A stretch of 64,000 nt of DNA, taken from contig NW_026262604.1 of assembly GCF_021869535.1 (NCBI RefSeq), positions 34,782,001 through 34,846,000 of the forward strand, given 5' to 3'. The stretch's first letter is position 1. Every line of letters starts with the position of its first letter. Both the position numbers and the translations under genes were made by a program. Positions 60,841 to 64,000 of the stretch are shown here, piece after piece. Source of the stretch: Mytilus californianus (lineage: Eukaryota). Below the pieces are notes generated by a model. The model was given only the letters and a program-made list of their open reading frames with translations, searched no databases and was not told the origin of the DNA.

Positions 60841-63091
60841 CCTTTAGTTCACCGGGGCCCGAAGGGCCCCATTTGAGCTTATGCCATCACTTGGCGTCCG
60901 TCGTCTGTGTCTGTCGTCGTAAACTATTTCAAAAATCTTCTCATCTGAAACTACTGGGCCAAATACCTTCAAACTTTACTACTAAATGAGGGTATCAAGT
61001 TTATAAATTGTATCCGAAGTTTTGATCCATCGACAAACATGGCCGCCATGGCTAAAAATAGAACATAGGGGTCAAATGCAGTTTTTGGCTTATATCTCAA
61101 AAACTAAAGCTTTTAAAGAAAATCTTTCAATTGGTCAGTATCTATCAGCTCTGAAATTTTCAGACGAATCGAACCCACCGAATTGGTAGTTTTAACAACA
61201 TTTTGCAGTTTTTTGTTATTATTTTGAATATAATTATATTCCTCAAGTTTGCTAACATTTAAAAATCTTCTCTGAAACTACTAGGGCAATTACCTTCTAA
61301 CTTTAACTAAATGTTCCTTAGGGTATCTTGTTTATAAATTGTATCCGAAGTAAGTATCCATCGACAAACATGGCCGCCATGGCTAAAAATAGAACATAAG
61401 GGTCAAATGCAGTTTTTGGCTTATATCTCAAAAACTAAATCTTTTAGAACAAATATGACAGGGGTAAAATTGTTTAATTGGTCAAGATCTATCGGCCCTG
61501 AATTTATCAGACGAATCGAACAACCCATTGTTGGGTTGCTGCCACCGAATTGCTAGTCTTAACAAAATTTTGTAGTTTTTTGTTATTATTTTGAATATTA
61601 TTATAGATATATATAAACTGTAAGCAGCAATAATGTTCAGCAAAGTAAGATCTACAAAAAGTTAATATGACCAAAATTGTCAATTGACTCCTTAAGGAGT
61701 TATTGCCCTTTAAAGACAATTTTACACAATTTGTTCATCATGTTTGCTAACATTTAAAAATCTTCTCCAGCAATAATGTTCAGCAAAGTAAGATCTACAA
61801 AAAAGTTAATGTGACCATAATTGTCACTTGACCCCTTAAGGAGTTATTGCCCTTTAAAGACAATTTTACACAATTTGTTCCTCAAGTTTGCTAACATTTA
61901 AAAATCTTCTCTGAAACTACTGGGGCAATTACCTTTAAACTTTAACTAAATGTTCCTTAGGGTATCTTGTTTATAAATTGTATCCGAAGTTTGTATCCAT
62001 CAACAAACATGGCCGCCATGGCTAAAAATAGAACATAAGGGTCAAATGCAGTTTTTGGCTTATATCTCAAAAACTAAATCTTTTAGAACAAATATGACAG
62101 GGGTAAAATTGTTTAATTGGTCAAGATCTATCGGCCCTGAAATTATCAGACGAATCGAACAACCCATTGTTGGGTTGCTGCCACCGAATTGGTAGTTTTA
62201 ACAAAATTTTGCAGTTTTTTGTTATTATTTTGAATATTATTATAGATATATATAAACTGTAAGCAGCAATAATGTTCAGCAAAGTAAGATCTACAAAAAA
62301 GTTAACATGACCAAAATTGTCAATTGACTCCTTAAGGAGTTATTGCCCTTTAAAGACAATTTTACACAATTTGTTCATCAAGTTTGCTAACATTTAAAAA
62401 TCTTCTCCAGCAATAATGTTCAGCAAAGTAAGATCTACAAAAAAGTTAATGTGACCATAATTGTCACTTGTCCCCTTAAGGAGTTATTGCCCTTTAAAGA
62501 CAACTTTACACAATTTGTTCCTCAAGTTTGCTCACATTTAAAAATCCTCTCTGAAACTACTGGGGCAATTACCTTCAAATTTTAACTAAATGTTCCTTAG
62601 GGTATCTTGTTTATAAATTGTATCCGAAGTTTGTATCCATCGACAAACATGGCCGCCATGGCTAAAAATAGAACATAAGGGTCAAATGCAGTTTTTGGCT
62701 TATATCTCAAAAACTAAATCTTTTAGAACAAATATGACAGGGGTAAAATTGTTTAATTGGTCAAGATCTATCGGCCCTGAAATTATCAGACGAATCGAAC
62801 AACCCATTGTTGGGTTGCTGCCACCGAATTGGTAGTTTTAACAAAATTTTGCAGTTTTTTGTTATTATTTTGAATATTATTATAGATATATATAAACTGT
62901 AAGCAGCAATAATGTTCAGCAAAGTAAGATCTACAAAAAAGTTAATATGACCAAAATTGTCAATTGACTCCTTAAGGAGTTATTGCTCTTTAAAGACAAT
63001 TTTACACAATCTGTTCATCAAGTTTGCCGACATTTAAAAATCTTCTCTGAAATACAGGTGAGCGATTCAGGCTCTTAAAAGCCTCTTGTTT
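60841..63091 (+). mobile_element. Helentron-associated element (HINE) with an internal tandem array (about 640-bp unit)
   Basis: 5' TTTAGTTCACC..GGCCGAAGGGCC, GTCCGTCGTC; 3' CAGGTGAGCGATTCAGGCTCTTAAAAGCCTCTTGTTT; ATGGCCGCCATGG at about 61039, 61369, 62008 and 62649. Confidence 0.85.
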
Positions 63092-63666
63092 AGTTAATAG
63101 AAAACAACAATCCGAAATGACAGCTGTAAGAGACCTATAGGGCAATATCACAGTGGGAATAACCTTCCATTACAATTCTCTCAAAGGAGATCTCCTCGTG
63201 GCAAATCTGATGCGAGTATATATTTTTTTCATAGGATTTCGATTATTAAATATTATATCCGATTGTGTGTATACTTGGCCTTGTGCAGTAATGTGTCAGT
63301 ACACTTTTTTCAATATCTAGCCATTTACAGAATTTTATTTATTTAAACATCTATAGAGTGATAGTCCTATTTTAATAATACAAGCTGTTTGAACACTATA
63401 CACTTGAACATTAAAATAAAAAAAAAAATAGACTTGTTTTATCATTTGCAAAATGAATTTGATTTGGTTTGACGTATTAGTCATTAGTCAGAAACAAAAT
63501 TTGCATGTAGCTTCTATATTAAGTGTTATCGGAGTTGCTCAATTGTTTGTGTGAGAAGTTTTGACATGCGTCACTATTTTCTTTGAACCTCCTGTTTATT
63601 GTTCTCAAAGCTGTATTGTTTACATTTACTTCACCTTCTTATATGTACAAACTATTGTTATGTTTG

Positions 63667-63937
63667 CCCCCAAGGGTGACTGGGGATTCGAAATATGGTC
63701 ACTTGGTCTTCTTCCGACCGGCAGTAAAAGCTTGCCAAAGTGGGGCGTCCGTTTGGCTGTGGGGGATGTATCAAGTTTGCAGCCACGTCCGGTCAGAATG
63801 GGGGCGTTAAATCCGATGCCTCGTGTGAAGAGAGTGTCATGCTCTTTGCACGTTAAGAACCCTTGCAACGACTATTTAAGGGTTAGTAGGTGGCCTGTTG
63901 CAAGGCAAAATTTCTGTCCCTATCCAATATATCCTCA
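63667..63937 (+). mobile_element. SINE copy (subfamily 2), interrupted at its 3' side
   Basis: Starts CCCCCAAGGGTGACTGGGG; breaks at ATATCCTCA. Confidence 0.88.
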
Positions 63938-64000
63938 GGGGGACTCGGTGGCCGAGTGGTCTAAGTAGTTTCTACTGTAATCACTAGCCAGTCAACACTG
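63938..64000 (+). mobile_element. Head of a different, tRNA-derived SINE (cut by the window edge)
   Basis: A-box TGGCCGAGTGG at 63949-59 followed by non-tRNA-like sequence; B-box not in the window. Confidence 0.6.

Noticed and set aside
63938-64000. tRNA gene
   Set aside because: Only an A-box is present and the following sequence does not form a cloverleaf; it fits a SINE head.

Overview
AT-rich eukaryotic (animal) DNA, probably a bivalve such as Mytilus; this is inferred from recognisable repeat families and not checked by search. I see no intact host gene. The window is a nest of mobile elements. (1) A 10.6-kb Sola1-type DNA transposon (4234-14808; TIRs, 4-bp TSD) carries an intact, spliced F-box/LRR gene directly upstream of its transposase. 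The transposase is split by a full-length I-group LINE (7556-13740) whose 5' end folds as an HDV-like ribozyme. (2) A decayed Gypsy LTR retrotransposon on the minus strand (about 19120-36620) has an unusual domain set: HhH-Gag-2xCCHC, a -1 frameshift signal, a complete Tpt1/TRPT1 RNA 2'-phosphotransferase domain, protease, RT, RNase H, integrase, a PHD finger, and a third ORF. A TatD-nuclease fragment of the same ORF3 type lies at about 48 kb. An AcademH (helicase-bearing) DNA transposon interrupts the RT. (3) Also present are many copies of a SINE with a fixed 5' end and a LINE-type tail, a hammerhead retrozyme monomer, Helentron-type elements, MITEs and an 8-kb 87-bp satellite. The best candidates for undescribed biology are the Tpt1 (plus TatD/PHD/HhH) Gypsy and the F-box-carrying Sola1 element. 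All calls are by eye, with no database searches.
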